From a virus (taxonomy: Duplodnaviria > Caudoviricetes), in the IMG/VR virus record IMGVR_UViG_3300036376_000002, positions 1 through 40,417 of that record: a stretch of 40,417 bases of DNA; one strand, given 5' to 3'. The notes under the pieces were generated by a model. It did not search any database, was not told where the DNA came from, and worked only from the letters and a program-made list of their open reading frames with translations. Each line of letters starts with the position of its first letter. Position 1 is the stretch's first letter. Made by a program: the position numbers and the translations under genes. Positions 1-8,264 of the stretch are shown here, piece after piece.

Positions 1-50
1 CCGCGCAAGCTGAGCACGTCACAGCGGCTGACTGCGGACAATCGCGGCTC

Positions 51-127
51 TGGTGTGCCCGAGAGGATTCGAACCTCCGGCCCCCGGATTAGGAATCCGA
101 TGCTCTATCCTGCTGAGCTACGGGCAC
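51..127 (-). tRNA. tRNA-Arg (anticodon CCT), intact, CCA encoded
   Basis: Reverse complement reads GTGCCCGTAGCTCAGCAGGATAGAGCATCGGATTCCTAATCCGGGGGCCGGAGGTTCGAATCCTCTCGGGCACACCA: acceptor stem, D-arm, TTCCTAA anticodon loop, GTTCGAATC T-loop, CCA. Confidence 0.97.
89..127 (+). repeat. attL, 39-bp identity block (5' half of the tRNA through the anticodon loop)
   Basis: TTAGGAATCCGATGCTCTATCCTGCTGAGCTACGGGCAC, identical to 40291-40329. Confidence 0.95.
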
Positions 128-159
128 ACTGGCGAAAACCGCTGGTTTCCTGCGCTTTG

Positions 160-188
160 CGGATAAGGGGCGCGGCGCTGGCCGTCAA
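160..188 (-). promoter_or_regulatory. Phage-borne sigma70-type promoter upstream of the restored tRNA
   Basis: Minus strand TTGACG (188-183), 17-nt spacer, TATCCG (165-160), ending about 33 nt upstream of the tRNA 5' end; resembles the host promoter at 40350-40379. Confidence 0.6.
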
Positions 189-225
189 CTGAAACGGAAC
201 ATCGCGGCAACCAGCGGCAAGGAAT

Positions 226-254
226 GGCACACTGGCGGCACATTCCACGGCACA
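226..254 (+). repeat. Putative integrase arm-type sites (GGCACA x3)
   Basis: GGCACA at 226, 237 and 249 (11-12 bp period); the same motif recurs twice inside the right end at 40232 and 40244. Confidence 0.55.
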
Positions 255-368
255 CTAGCGCGCCACGATCGCGGCTTGGCAGCGGCCGAACCAGGACTCA
301 CAGTTTCCCCGACCAAACGGCTCAGCTGCGAGTTGAGCCGACAATTTATGCAAACGCACAAACCGAAT

Positions 369-665
369 TTATTGTCAGGGTATGCGCGGGGATGACCTAA
401 CCTTTCTAACAATGGCGGTTTTCTGCGGGTTTGCGACCTAACTTTTGACCTAACCTCGACCTAACCAGATTAGGTTCAACTGACCTAATCTTCTCGGATG
501 CTGAAACCCGCAGAAATCCTAGGGATTAGGTCAAGCGGAGAAAAATGTTAGGTCAAGGTTAGGTGCCCGACCTAATCTTTTTTCATATATTAATCAGCGC
601 CTTAGTACGAGAAACCCCTCCAGATTAGGAATGTTAGGTCATCCCCGCGCACCCCTCCACAATAA
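369..665. repeat. Palindromic iteron array (GACCTAAY), candidate replication origin
   Basis: GACCTAAY forward at 394, 435, 447, 458, 482, 569 and reverse at 525, 547, 633, plus 3 near-copies; 42-bp imperfect terminal inverted repeat (369-410/624-665) with a perfect 19-bp core (383-401/633-651); internal 13-bp IR 420-432/504-516; AT-rich patch near 576-594. Confidence 0.7.
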
Positions 666-832
666 GCGCCGGCACTACGTGAAAAATCTTCCGCGCCCAG
701 CGCATGGGCGGCCGCATCGCGTCGCATTGATCTGCGTAGCGAACTCCTTGCCCCGCGCTGCGCGCAAGGCAGCAGCCTAGGCCGGGCCGAGGGAACCACC
801 CTCCTGCGTCCCCAGATCACAAAGAGCGAGCA

Positions 833-855
833 GGCGAGGCGTGGGGGCGAGCGCG
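833..855 (+). other. Putative P2-like cos site
   Basis: GGCGAGGCGTGGGGGCGAGCGC resembles the P2 cohesive end GGCGAGGCGGGGAAAGCAC, with the same position and orientation relative to the leftward portal gene. Confidence 0.65.
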
Positions 856-887
856 GCGCGCCGGGTCAAGATGGGGTCCTCGCCGTA

Positions 888-902
888 GTTCGTGCTTTGT
901 TC
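888..902 (+). promoter_or_regulatory. Alphaproteobacterial LexA (SOS) box
   Basis: GTTCGTGCTTTGTTC = GTTC-N7-GTTC, 33 nt upstream of ATG 936. Confidence 0.7.
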
Positions 903-935
903 CATAGAGTGGCCTCCGAATCGGCGGAGGATGAG

Positions 936-1271
936 ATGAGATGGACCAAGGAGGGGCAGCGGATCCCGACCACGGTCTTCGAAGCGGCGCTACATCACGA
1001 GCCCGTTCGCGCGACCTGCTGTCGCTGCGGGCGGGTCGCAATTTTCGATCCACATCAGCTGTGGTGGTTGTTTCATCGCCGCGGATGGGACGATCGGTTG
1101 ATTGCAGTCGGCCGGCGGTTCCGCTGCTCAAGCCTGCTTCCACCCAACGACCGCGCGTGCCGGTCCCGCGCGTCGATCGATCTGGCGCGTTTCGGCACGG
1201 CGGCGACGACCAGTCTGCCTTGGCCTCCAGAACTTGAGTGGAAACGCGCGACTCGCCGTGTGCGCTCATAG
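936..1271 (+). CDS. Cys/Trp-rich hypothetical protein (111 aa), probably SOS-induced, putative Zn-binding
   Basis: GGAGG RBS at 926-930 before ATG 936; CCRCG plus later FRC...AC; LexA box upstream. Confidence 0.7.
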   Translation: MRWTKEGQRIPTTVFEAALHHEPVRATCCRCGRVAIFDPHQLWWLFHRRGWDDRLIAVGRRFRCSSLLPPNDRACRSRASIDLARFGTAATTSLPWPPELEWKRATRRVRS

Positions 1272-1365
1272 CTTCCTTCGGAGGAGCCCTCGCGATCTCG
1301 CAGGCAGCAAGCCATCGCCAGCATTTTATTACCACTTGCATTAATATACTTCGTGTTATATATAT

Positions 1366-1917
1366 ATGCCGCTGGCCAAGTTGAGCCAGCAACGAAGGAG
1401 TAAGCATCATGATTTGCCATTTCAAAGAACCGCCGCCGCTCGTCGCCCACGGCACAGCGACTCCGCCCGGCAACTTCAAGTAACCCCAGGGATGCCCATT
1501 TTCGTGCCCGCTTTGGCACGAGCTAACCAAAACATTGCCGATTGTAAGGTCGGCTTTGAGGAGTCGAAGAACTATGATGTTTCAGGATCCCCCAAGGGGA
1601 CGAACGACGCCAACAACCCACGGAGTATAGACCGACTGATCGGTCCGTTTTCTCTGAGGTTGTTGGCTTCCATCCAGAGATTGGGAGACCGCGCATGGGG
1701 TGCAAACCTCCAGCGGGATCTCAGTGAGATGCTCGGACGGGATGTAGCCATTGGTCAGTTATACACAGCTTTGTCTAAGCTGACTGATCAGGGGCTGATT
1801 TCCTTCTGGCAAACAGATCCAGAGCCTGTTCAAGGTGGCCGCTCAAAGAAAGTCTTCCGTCTGGAAGCGTTGGGCGCTCAGGCTTTGGAAAGTGCGGCCA
1901 CCGAATTGAGTGCCTGA
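1366..1917 (+). CDS. PadR-family winged-helix transcriptional regulator (start uncertain; domain begins near 1636)
   Basis: LIGPFSLRLLASIQRLGDRAWG...GRDVAIGQLYTALSKLTDQGLI...GGRSKKVFRL follows the short PadR pattern; AT-rich promoter-like tract at 1336-1364. Confidence 0.8.
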   Translation: MPLAKLSQQRRSKHHDLPFQRTAAARRPRHSDSARQLQVTPGMPIFVPALARANQNIADCKVGFEESKNYDVSGSPKGTNDANNPRSIDRLIGPFSLRLLASIQRLGDRAWGANLQRDLSEMLGRDVAIGQLYTALSKLTDQGLISFWQTDPEPVQGGRSKKVFRLEALGAQALESAATELSA

Positions 1918-1946
1918 CGCTCCCCACGCAACGGGAGTGAGTCAGA

Positions 1947-2201
1947 ATGAGTGCGAAGAAGAAGGGCCAGCTGGACGGTCAGGCGCGCGAGCCACCAAAG
2001 TTCATGAGATTTACAGCCTGGGCTGCAGGCGGTGCTTTCAAGGACGATGCGCTCAACGCGTTTGATGAGTTATTCCGGTCAGCGGTGTCAAAATTCGGCT
2101 ACCGATATGCCCTGTTGTGGGGCCTGAGCCAATGCTTGAGGAATGTTCCCCGCGCTATATGGGACTTCTTCATAAGGCTGGCCAGATCGTTTTTTCTGTA
2201 G
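1947..2201 (+). CDS. Small amphipathic protein (84 aa) resembling the 'permease prefix' domain that accompanies PadR regulators
   Basis: PP...F.E.F......G...A..W..SQ.L pattern; directly downstream of padR on the same strand. Confidence 0.6.
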   Translation: MSAKKKGQLDGQAREPPKFMRFTAWAAGGAFKDDALNAFDELFRSAVSKFGYRYALLWGLSQCLRNVPRAIWDFFIRLARSFFL

Positions 2202-2310
2202 CCTACAAAAGAGTTTAGCGGGAGGAAGTGCGGGCTTTCTCCCGCATCTCTTGTTTCTGCCTAATCCATGCATGCCCCCGTCGCCGGCGCGCCGACGCAA
2301 GGGAAACCGG

Positions 2311-3312
2311 TCAGGCGGGCACCTCATAGGGATCGAAGTCGACAGCGGTGACGCCGAGCGCATCGTTGATCGCCATGAATACCCGCTGCAGGGGCACGAT
2401 CTCGTGCAGCCAGAACATCTTCGCCGCATCGGTCACGCTGCCGAAGCCACCGCTGTTGGTCGGCACCACGCCGAGCAGCTGGGGCGGCACCCGGTGCGCG
2501 GCGAGAATATCGTCGCGGCTGCAGTTCTTGATGCTCATGAATTCGTCGCGAGCGGCGACTTCGCTCACCGGGATGATCTGGACCCCGTCCTTCTTGCCCT
2601 TGGGGATGTGGAGATAGAGGTTGCGGAAATTGCCCGGCCCCTTCGCCTGTCGCAGCGCCTCGCGGATCTTGTTGCTGTCCTTGTCCTGCAGGCCCTCTTC
2701 GTTGATGTAGAGGATGAAGCCGGCGTGGCTCCCGTTGAGGTAATAGCGCCGGCGAAAGATCGTCGCGGCCTCATTGAGCAGGCCCGACTGCAGCGCGGCG
2801 TACCATTCGGGCACACCATAGATCTCCTGCATGAGGTCCGGCTCGAGCAGGTGGATCACCGATCCCTTGCGGAACTCATGATCGTCCTTGCCCGGCTGCA
2901 GATAGAAAAAGCTGCCGGGCTCGGTGCCGACGCGGGTATGGATCGCCGGCGACGGCTTAAGCTCGAGCGGGCGGCCCGCCAGATTGTCGATCCGCTCGAG
3001 ATAGCCGTTGCCGGTGGCCAGATAGTCGGTGACCATCCGCGCGAACGCCGCCCGGGTCAGCAGCCGCGATGGCCGGAAGCTGGAGGCGAGCATGTTGCGC
3101 TTCAGGATGATGGCGCTGCTGTGGTGCGCGGACATCCGGTGCGCCTTGACCAGGCCGACCATCGAGATCGGCGGCGCGTAATATTTTCCGTTGTGCACGG
3201 CCTCGAGCATCAGCAGCCATTCGCTGCGATCGATCACGCTTTCCGGCTCGCCGAAGGTGAACGACTCCCACGTCAGCTCGCCGGCGGCGGCATTGTCGAC
3301 CTGATCCGACAT
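2311..3312 (-). CDS. Q: Phage portal protein (PBSX/P2 gpQ family)
   Basis: HHSSAIILKRN, QEIYGVPEW, RRYYLNGSHAGFI, GPGNFRNL, AAHRVPPQLLG; ATG overlaps the terminase stop (TGATG). Confidence 0.95.
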   Translation of the reverse strand: MSDQVDNAAAGELTWESFTFGEPESVIDRSEWLLMLEAVHNGKYYAPPISMVGLVKAHRMSAHHSSAIILKRNMLASSFRPSRLLTRAAFARMVTDYLATGNGYLERIDNLAGRPLELKPSPAIHTRVGTEPGSFFYLQPGKDDHEFRKGSVIHLLEPDLMQEIYGVPEWYAALQSGLLNEAATIFRRRYYLNGSHAGFILYINEEGLQDKDSNKIREALRQAKGPGNFRNLYLHIPKGKKDGVQIIPVSEVAARDEFMSIKNCSRDDILAAHRVPPQLLGVVPTNSGGFGSVTDAAKMFWLHEIVPLQRVFMAINDALGVTAVDFDPYEVPA

Positions 3313-5156
3313 CAGAAAATCTCCATGGTGCTTTCCCCCGCCAGCGTCGGGTCGAGGGCTTCGTTGAAAAGGACGTGCATCGTCGCCCACGCCAGATCGG
3401 CGTGGCCGGTGCCGCCGCCGCGGCCGGCGACATAGGTGACGGACTTGCCGCCGCGGGTGACCTTGGGGTGGATGGCGATGAAGCTGGACATCAGCTCCTG
3501 CCACTCGGCGGGGAACTGCAGGCGCCCGTCTGAGATCACCTTCTTGGCCTTGTAGACCATCATCGCCTTGACCTCGGCGGAATAGGTGATGGCTCGGGCC
3601 AACGGGAAGAATTTGACCACCAGGCTGTAGACCGCGCTGCCGACACCGGTGGTGTCGATCGCGATGTGCGTCACATTGTAGCGCGCACAGATCGCCCTGA
3701 TGATGTCGGCCTGCTCCTGATAGTCGCGGCCGCGCAGCCGCTTCTTTTCGAGCAGGCGGAACTTGCCACCGGGCGTCGCCGGCGGCGCGGCGACGATCAG
3801 ACCGGCATCGTCGCCGGTGCCGCTCTCCCCGTTCGGGTCATAGCCCAGCCACACCTCGCCGTCGCCGAACGGACGCGCGGCATAGGCGTTGAAGTCCTGC
3901 CACTGGGTGAAGGCGTCGACCGCGCAGCGCCGCATCAGCTCCATCGGGAAGGTCGACTGGCTGTCGTCGAGGAAGCGGCACAGGAACAGCAAGTCGAATT
4001 CGTCGGCCGAATGCTCGAAGCGCAGCTCCTCGAGGTCGACCAGGTCGAAGCCACCCTCGATCGCGTCGTCGATGGTGACGATGTGCCGCCAGATCCTGTC
4101 GCCGCCCTCGGCGCCATGCTTCAGGGCCTCGTGGCCGATGTCGATCTTGACCCGATCGGCCTTGGCGCGGCGGCGATTGAACTTGTCGCCGCTCCACATC
4201 GGATAGGCCTCGTGGGCCAGCACGCTCGGCGTCGAGAAATAGGTCCGGCGGTACCGCTTGTGGGTCGCCATCGCCTGCGCGACCTTGTTGAGCTGCTCGA
4301 ACCCGAAGATCCAGAAGGCCTCGTCGACATAGATGTCGCCGTGATATCCCTGCGCTGTCCGGAAGTTGGTGCCCAGAAAGTGCATTTCGAACGGCGGCAG
4401 CTGGTTGCCGGCGTCGTCGGTACCGCGCTGGATGACCAGCGGATTGCCGCGCAGTGTGATTCCGAGCTCGGCCTGCACCCACTCGATGATATACTGGCGG
4501 AAGATGTTGGCCTGGTTGCGGCTCGCCGACAGGAAAATCTGGTTGTTGCCGGTCTCCAGCCCGTGGATCAGCGCCTCGCGGGCGAAATACCATGTCGCGC
4601 CGATCTGCCGGGACTTCAGGATAAAGCGGGTGCGGCGGCTGACATTGGCCCACCACGTCTCCTGATGCGCGAAGTTCGCCGCGAGGAACGCCGCCTTGAG
4701 GGTGGCCAGCCCGTCGGCATCGATCAGGTTCTTGGCCTTGCTCTTCTTTTCCTTGACCTCGGGGCTGTTGCGATTGGCCACCTTGGGGTTGAGGTCGACC
4801 TCATTGCCGCCCCGCATATATTTGCCGATACGCGCCAGTCGCTCGAACTGCCGCATCAGCAGATCGATCTCCTTGAAGTCGCTGCCGCTCTTGCGCTCCT
4901 TGGCGATCAGCATCGCCAACCGGCAGTCGAGATGGTCCTCGACCCGCTCGACACTGCTGGCGGCGTCCCACTTGTCGCGCGACTTCCAGCTGCTCACCGT
5001 GCTGATCGGCAGATCCAGCTCCTCGCTGATCTGCCCGACGGTCCATCCCTGCCAGTAAAGCGATCGCGCGCGCCGCCGCGCATCCACCGGCGTCACTGCA
5101 GGCGGACGGATGGCAGTCGCCGTCTCGGGCGGGTCGAAGGGCGGCGCAGCGCTCAT
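3312..5156 (-). CDS. P: Terminase ATPase subunit
   Basis: N-terminal ARSLYWQGW HTH, LKSRQIGATWYFAREA, YVDEAFW Walker B, GHADLAWA nuclease end. Confidence 0.95.
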   Translation of the reverse strand: MSAAPPFDPPETATAIRPPAVTPVDARRRARSLYWQGWTVGQISEELDLPISTVSSWKSRDKWDAASSVERVEDHLDCRLAMLIAKERKSGSDFKEIDLLMRQFERLARIGKYMRGGNEVDLNPKVANRNSPEVKEKKSKAKNLIDADGLATLKAAFLAANFAHQETWWANVSRRTRFILKSRQIGATWYFAREALIHGLETGNNQIFLSASRNQANIFRQYIIEWVQAELGITLRGNPLVIQRGTDDAGNQLPPFEMHFLGTNFRTAQGYHGDIYVDEAFWIFGFEQLNKVAQAMATHKRYRRTYFSTPSVLAHEAYPMWSGDKFNRRRAKADRVKIDIGHEALKHGAEGGDRIWRHIVTIDDAIEGGFDLVDLEELRFEHSADEFDLLFLCRFLDDSQSTFPMELMRRCAVDAFTQWQDFNAYAARPFGDGEVWLGYDPNGESGTGDDAGLIVAAPPATPGGKFRLLEKKRLRGRDYQEQADIIRAICARYNVTHIAIDTTGVGSAVYSLVVKFFPLARAITYSAEVKAMMVYKAKKVISDGRLQFPAEWQELMSSFIAIHPKVTRGGKSVTYVAGRGGGTGHADLAWATMHVLFNEALDPTLAGESTMEIF

Positions 5157-5202
5157 GGTGGCGCACGCTAGGGGAGATCGGCGGCACCGGCCCCTGCCCC
5201 TT

Positions 5203-5227
5203 CCTTGTAACGCGCACCGTTACAAGG
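5203..5227. promoter_or_regulatory. Late-promoter activator (Ogr-type) palindrome between divergent P and O
   Basis: CCTTGTAACGCGCACCGTTACAAGG (TGT-N13-ACA); recurs at 11679 and 21907. Confidence 0.8.
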
Positions 5228-5316
5228 TCGCGGCGTTGCGGTGCCGCGCATCTTCATGCCCTCACTCCCGCCAGACACCGGTGCCGATGGTGCCACGGTC
5301 AAATCGGGAGCTTTTC

Positions 5317-6198
5317 ATGGCCAAGTCCAAGTTTTTCCGCGTCGCCGTCGAAGGCGCTACCGTCGATGGCCGCACGATCGACCGCAAATGGCTCGAGGAG
5401 ATGGCGGCAACCTATGACCCCAAGACCTATGCGGCCCGGGTCAACCTCGAACATATCCGTGGAATCACGGCCGATCCGCCCTTCCAGTCGCTCGGCGACG
5501 TGCTCTCCCTGAAAACGCAGGAGATTGATCTCAACGTCGGCGGCAAGACCGAGCGCCGCCTCGCGCTGTTCGCCGAGATCGAGGCGCTCGAACCGCTGGT
5601 GCAGATGAACCGCAAGCGGCAGAAGCTCTACACCTCGATCGAGATCAACCCGTCCTTCTCGAACAGCGGCAAGGCCTATCTGATGGGCCTCGCGGTCACC
5701 GATTCCCCAGCCTCGCTCGGCACCGAGATGCTCGAATTCGCGGCCAAGGCTTCGGTCAATCCCTTCGCCGCCCGCAAGCAGCAGCCGGGCAACTATTTCT
5801 CGGCGGCCGAGGAAGTTACCATCGAGCTGGTCGATGGTGCGCCCGAGGCGGACCCTACCGGCGTCTTCGGCGCGTTCAAGGCAATGCTCGAGCGCTTTAC
5901 CCCGTCGGCGCCGCCGGCCCCGGCGGTGCAGACCGCACCAACCCCGCAGGGGGATCCTGCGGCTGCTCCGGCGGGCCAGCAGCCCAGCGGTAGTGACTTC
6001 GCCGCCATCGGCATGGGCATCGCCGCCATCGCCGCCGGCATGGAAAAGATGGCCAAGGCCACCAGCGACAGCATCACCGCGCTGGGCGATCGCATCACCG
6101 CGGTCGAGCAGCTGACGTCCACCACGCCGCAGCAGGGCCAGCAGTCCCGCCAGCCCGCGATCGGCATGCCGCAGAATTTCGTCGCCACCGACTGCTGA
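5317..6198 (+). CDS. O: Capsid scaffolding protein/protease
   Basis: MAKSKFFRVAVEGATVDGR, YLMGLAVTDSPASLGTE, C-terminal TDC typical of gpO. Confidence 0.95.
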   Translation: MAKSKFFRVAVEGATVDGRTIDRKWLEEMAATYDPKTYAARVNLEHIRGITADPPFQSLGDVLSLKTQEIDLNVGGKTERRLALFAEIEALEPLVQMNRKRQKLYTSIEINPSFSNSGKAYLMGLAVTDSPASLGTEMLEFAAKASVNPFAARKQQPGNYFSAAEEVTIELVDGAPEADPTGVFGAFKAMLERFTPSAPPAPAVQTAPTPQGDPAAAPAGQQPSGSDFAAIGMGIAAIAAGMEKMAKATSDSITALGDRITAVEQLTSTTPQQGQQSRQPAIGMPQNFVATDC

Positions 6199-6268
6199 CC
6201 CGCGTCGATCCAGCCCAGCCACCCCTCACACCGCTCCGCGCCCGACCTGACCCGACTAGGAAACCGCC

Positions 6269-7318
6269 ATGCAGAACACCACGCGCATCCTCTTCACCGC
6301 CTACGTCTCGCAGATCGCGCTGCTCAATTCAGTGGCGGACGCGACCACCCAATTCACGGTCGCCCCCGTCGTCGAGCAGAAGCTCGAGGAGGTCATCAAG
6401 AACAGCAGCGAGTTCCTGCAGCAGATCAACATCGAGCCGGTGGTCCAGCAGTCCGGGGCCAAGGTCGGTGTTGGCGTCACCCGCACCATGGCTGGGCGCA
6501 CCAATACCGCTGCCGGCCAGCGTCGCACCCCGACCGATCCGACCGACACCAGCGATCGCGGGCTGTATTTCTGCCGCCAGACCAACTTCGACAGCGCGCT
6601 GAAATATGCCAAGATCGACGCGTGGCGGCACCGGCCCGAGTTCCAGACCCTGCTGCGCGACGCCATCGCCAAGCAGCAGGGCCGCGATCGCATCATGATC
6701 GGCTGGCACGGCACCTCGGCCGCCGCTCAGACCGACCGCACCGCCAACCCGCTGCTGCAGGACGTCAACCTTGGCTGGCTGCACAAGATCCGCACCCATG
6801 CCCCGGCACAGGTGCTCGACGATGGCGATCTGTCCGGCGCCGGCAAGGCGATCTATGTCGCGCCCGGTGAAGTCGGCGTCGAGGTCGACTATCGCAATCT
6901 CGATGCGGTGGTGCTCGACGCCAAGTCGCTGATCCCCGAATGGCACCGCGGCCGCACCGACCTGGTGGTCATCGTCGGCCACGATCTCGTTGACGAGAAA
7001 TACTTCAACATCGTCAACGCCACCGGTGACACCGCTACCGAGGTCGAGGCCGCCGATCGCATCCTGCGCTCGGAAAAGCAGCTCGGCGGTCTGCCGGCTG
7101 TCCGCGTGCCCTTCTTCCCGGCCAACGCCATGCTGATCACCACGCTCAGCAACCTGTCCATCTACTATCAGGAAGGCACCCGCCGGCGCTTCATCAAGGA
7201 TGAGCCCGCGCTCGACCAGATCGAGAACTACGAGAGCGTCAACGAGGACTATGTCGTCGAGGACTATGAGCTGACCGCGCTCATCGAAAACATCGTCATC
7301 GGCAAGAAGCCGGCCTGA
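6269..7318 (+). CDS. N: Major capsid protein, P2 family
   Basis: DRIMIGWHG, NPLLQDVNLGWL, ITTLSNLSIYYQ, ENYESVNEDYVVEDY. Confidence 0.96.
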   Translation: MQNTTRILFTAYVSQIALLNSVADATTQFTVAPVVEQKLEEVIKNSSEFLQQINIEPVVQQSGAKVGVGVTRTMAGRTNTAAGQRRTPTDPTDTSDRGLYFCRQTNFDSALKYAKIDAWRHRPEFQTLLRDAIAKQQGRDRIMIGWHGTSAAAQTDRTANPLLQDVNLGWLHKIRTHAPAQVLDDGDLSGAGKAIYVAPGEVGVEVDYRNLDAVVLDAKSLIPEWHRGRTDLVVIVGHDLVDEKYFNIVNATGDTATEVEAADRILRSEKQLGGLPAVRVPFFPANAMLITTLSNLSIYYQEGTRRRFIKDEPALDQIENYESVNEDYVVEDYELTALIENIVIGKKPA

Positions 7319-7481
7319 CCGGGATACACCGAGGGGCTCTGACGGCGGTGTCTGACATCCGGGTCGGTATCGCAACAGCCCAACGCAGAGACCGGGGGGA
7401 CGGGATGCGAAGCATCCTTATCAGCCCCGCCGGTCGCCCGCCGCCGGATCGAGCGGGCACATTTCACAGGAGCCGCTCCGC

Positions 7482-8264
7482 ATGACCAGCCTTGCCCGCC
7501 GCCGCCGCGAATCGATCCTCGCTGCACAACGCGCCACCTCGTCGCTGCCGGCTGCAGCTGGCGATACGGTCGATCTGTCATCCGCCGATGCCGGTCCTGC
7601 TGCCAGCCAGTATCAGCAGCTGCTCGAGCAGCTGGGCGAGGACATGCGCAGCCTGTCCCAGATCCAGTCGGTCGAGCGCAAGATCGAAGCCAAGCGCGCA
7701 ATGGTCGGGCGCTATCAGGCATGGGTGGAAGGCGCGATGCGCGCCGGGCGCGATGGCGCGGCTGCCGAAGACGAGATCGTCACCACCATGCTGGTATGGA
7801 ACATCGACATCGGCAACTGGATCATGGCACTGCAGCTGGCCGTGCATGTGCTGACCCACAATCTGCCGCTGCCCGAGCGCTACAAGCGCACCCCGGCAAC
7901 GCTGATCGCCGAGGAGATCGCCGATCGCGCGCTCGCCGACGTCGGCGCCGTCGACCATGGCACGCTGATCGCCACCGAGCAGGTTACCGCCGGGCACGAC
8001 ATGCCCGACCAGGTGCGCGCCAAGCTGATGAAGGCGCTCGGCCGCAACCTGGTGGCGCAGGCCGATACGTTCGATCCCGACGCGGCAGAGGTTTCCGCCG
8101 GCGGCAAGCCGGCGCTGCTGTCGGCAGCGCTTGAGGCGCTCCGCCGCGCCATGGCGCTCGACGAAAAGGCCGGCGTCAAGAAGGACATCGAGAAGATCGA
8201 GCGCGAGCTCAAGGCGCTCGCCCCAGCAACACCGCCGACGCCTCCGCAGGGTGGCGGCAGTTGA
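7482..8264 (+). CDS. M: Terminase endonuclease (small) subunit
   Basis: IQSVERKIEAKR, HDMPDQVRAKL, GVKKDIEKIER; follows N. Confidence 0.92.
   Translation: MTSLARRRRESILAAQRATSSLPAAAGDTVDLSSADAGPAASQYQQLLEQLGEDMRSLSQIQSVERKIEAKRAMVGRYQAWVEGAMRAGRDGAAAEDEIVTTMLVWNIDIGNWIMALQLAVHVLTHNLPLPERYKRTPATLIAEEIADRALADVGAVDHGTLIATEQVTAGHDMPDQVRAKLMKALGRNLVAQADTFDPDAAEVSAGGKPALLSAALEALRRAMALDEKAGVKKDIEKIERELKALAPATPPTPPQGGGS

Noticed and set aside
623-632. GATTAGGAAT matches the att core region (88-97), suggesting a secondary att site
   Set aside because: Only 10 bp and explained as a degenerate copy of the local TTAGG iteron
369-665. CRISPR array or MITE reading of the repeat cluster
   Set aside because: Repeats are 8-mers in both orientations with irregular short gaps and there are no cas genes; no target-site duplication or transposase supports a MITE
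185-1530. Minus-strand ORFs 185-412, 602-820, 817-1530 and 1073-1519
   Set aside because: They overlap att arms, iterons, cos and the better-supported 936-1271 gene, and show no recognisable motifs
2251-5171. Long + strand ORFs (2251-3435, 3666-5171) opposite portal and terminase
   Set aside because: Antisense shadows of high-GC coding sequence with no motifs
7319-7481. Self-cleaving ribozyme
   Set aside because: No hammerhead CTGANGA/GAAA core or other ribozyme consensus that I can identify; kept only as a generic structured element
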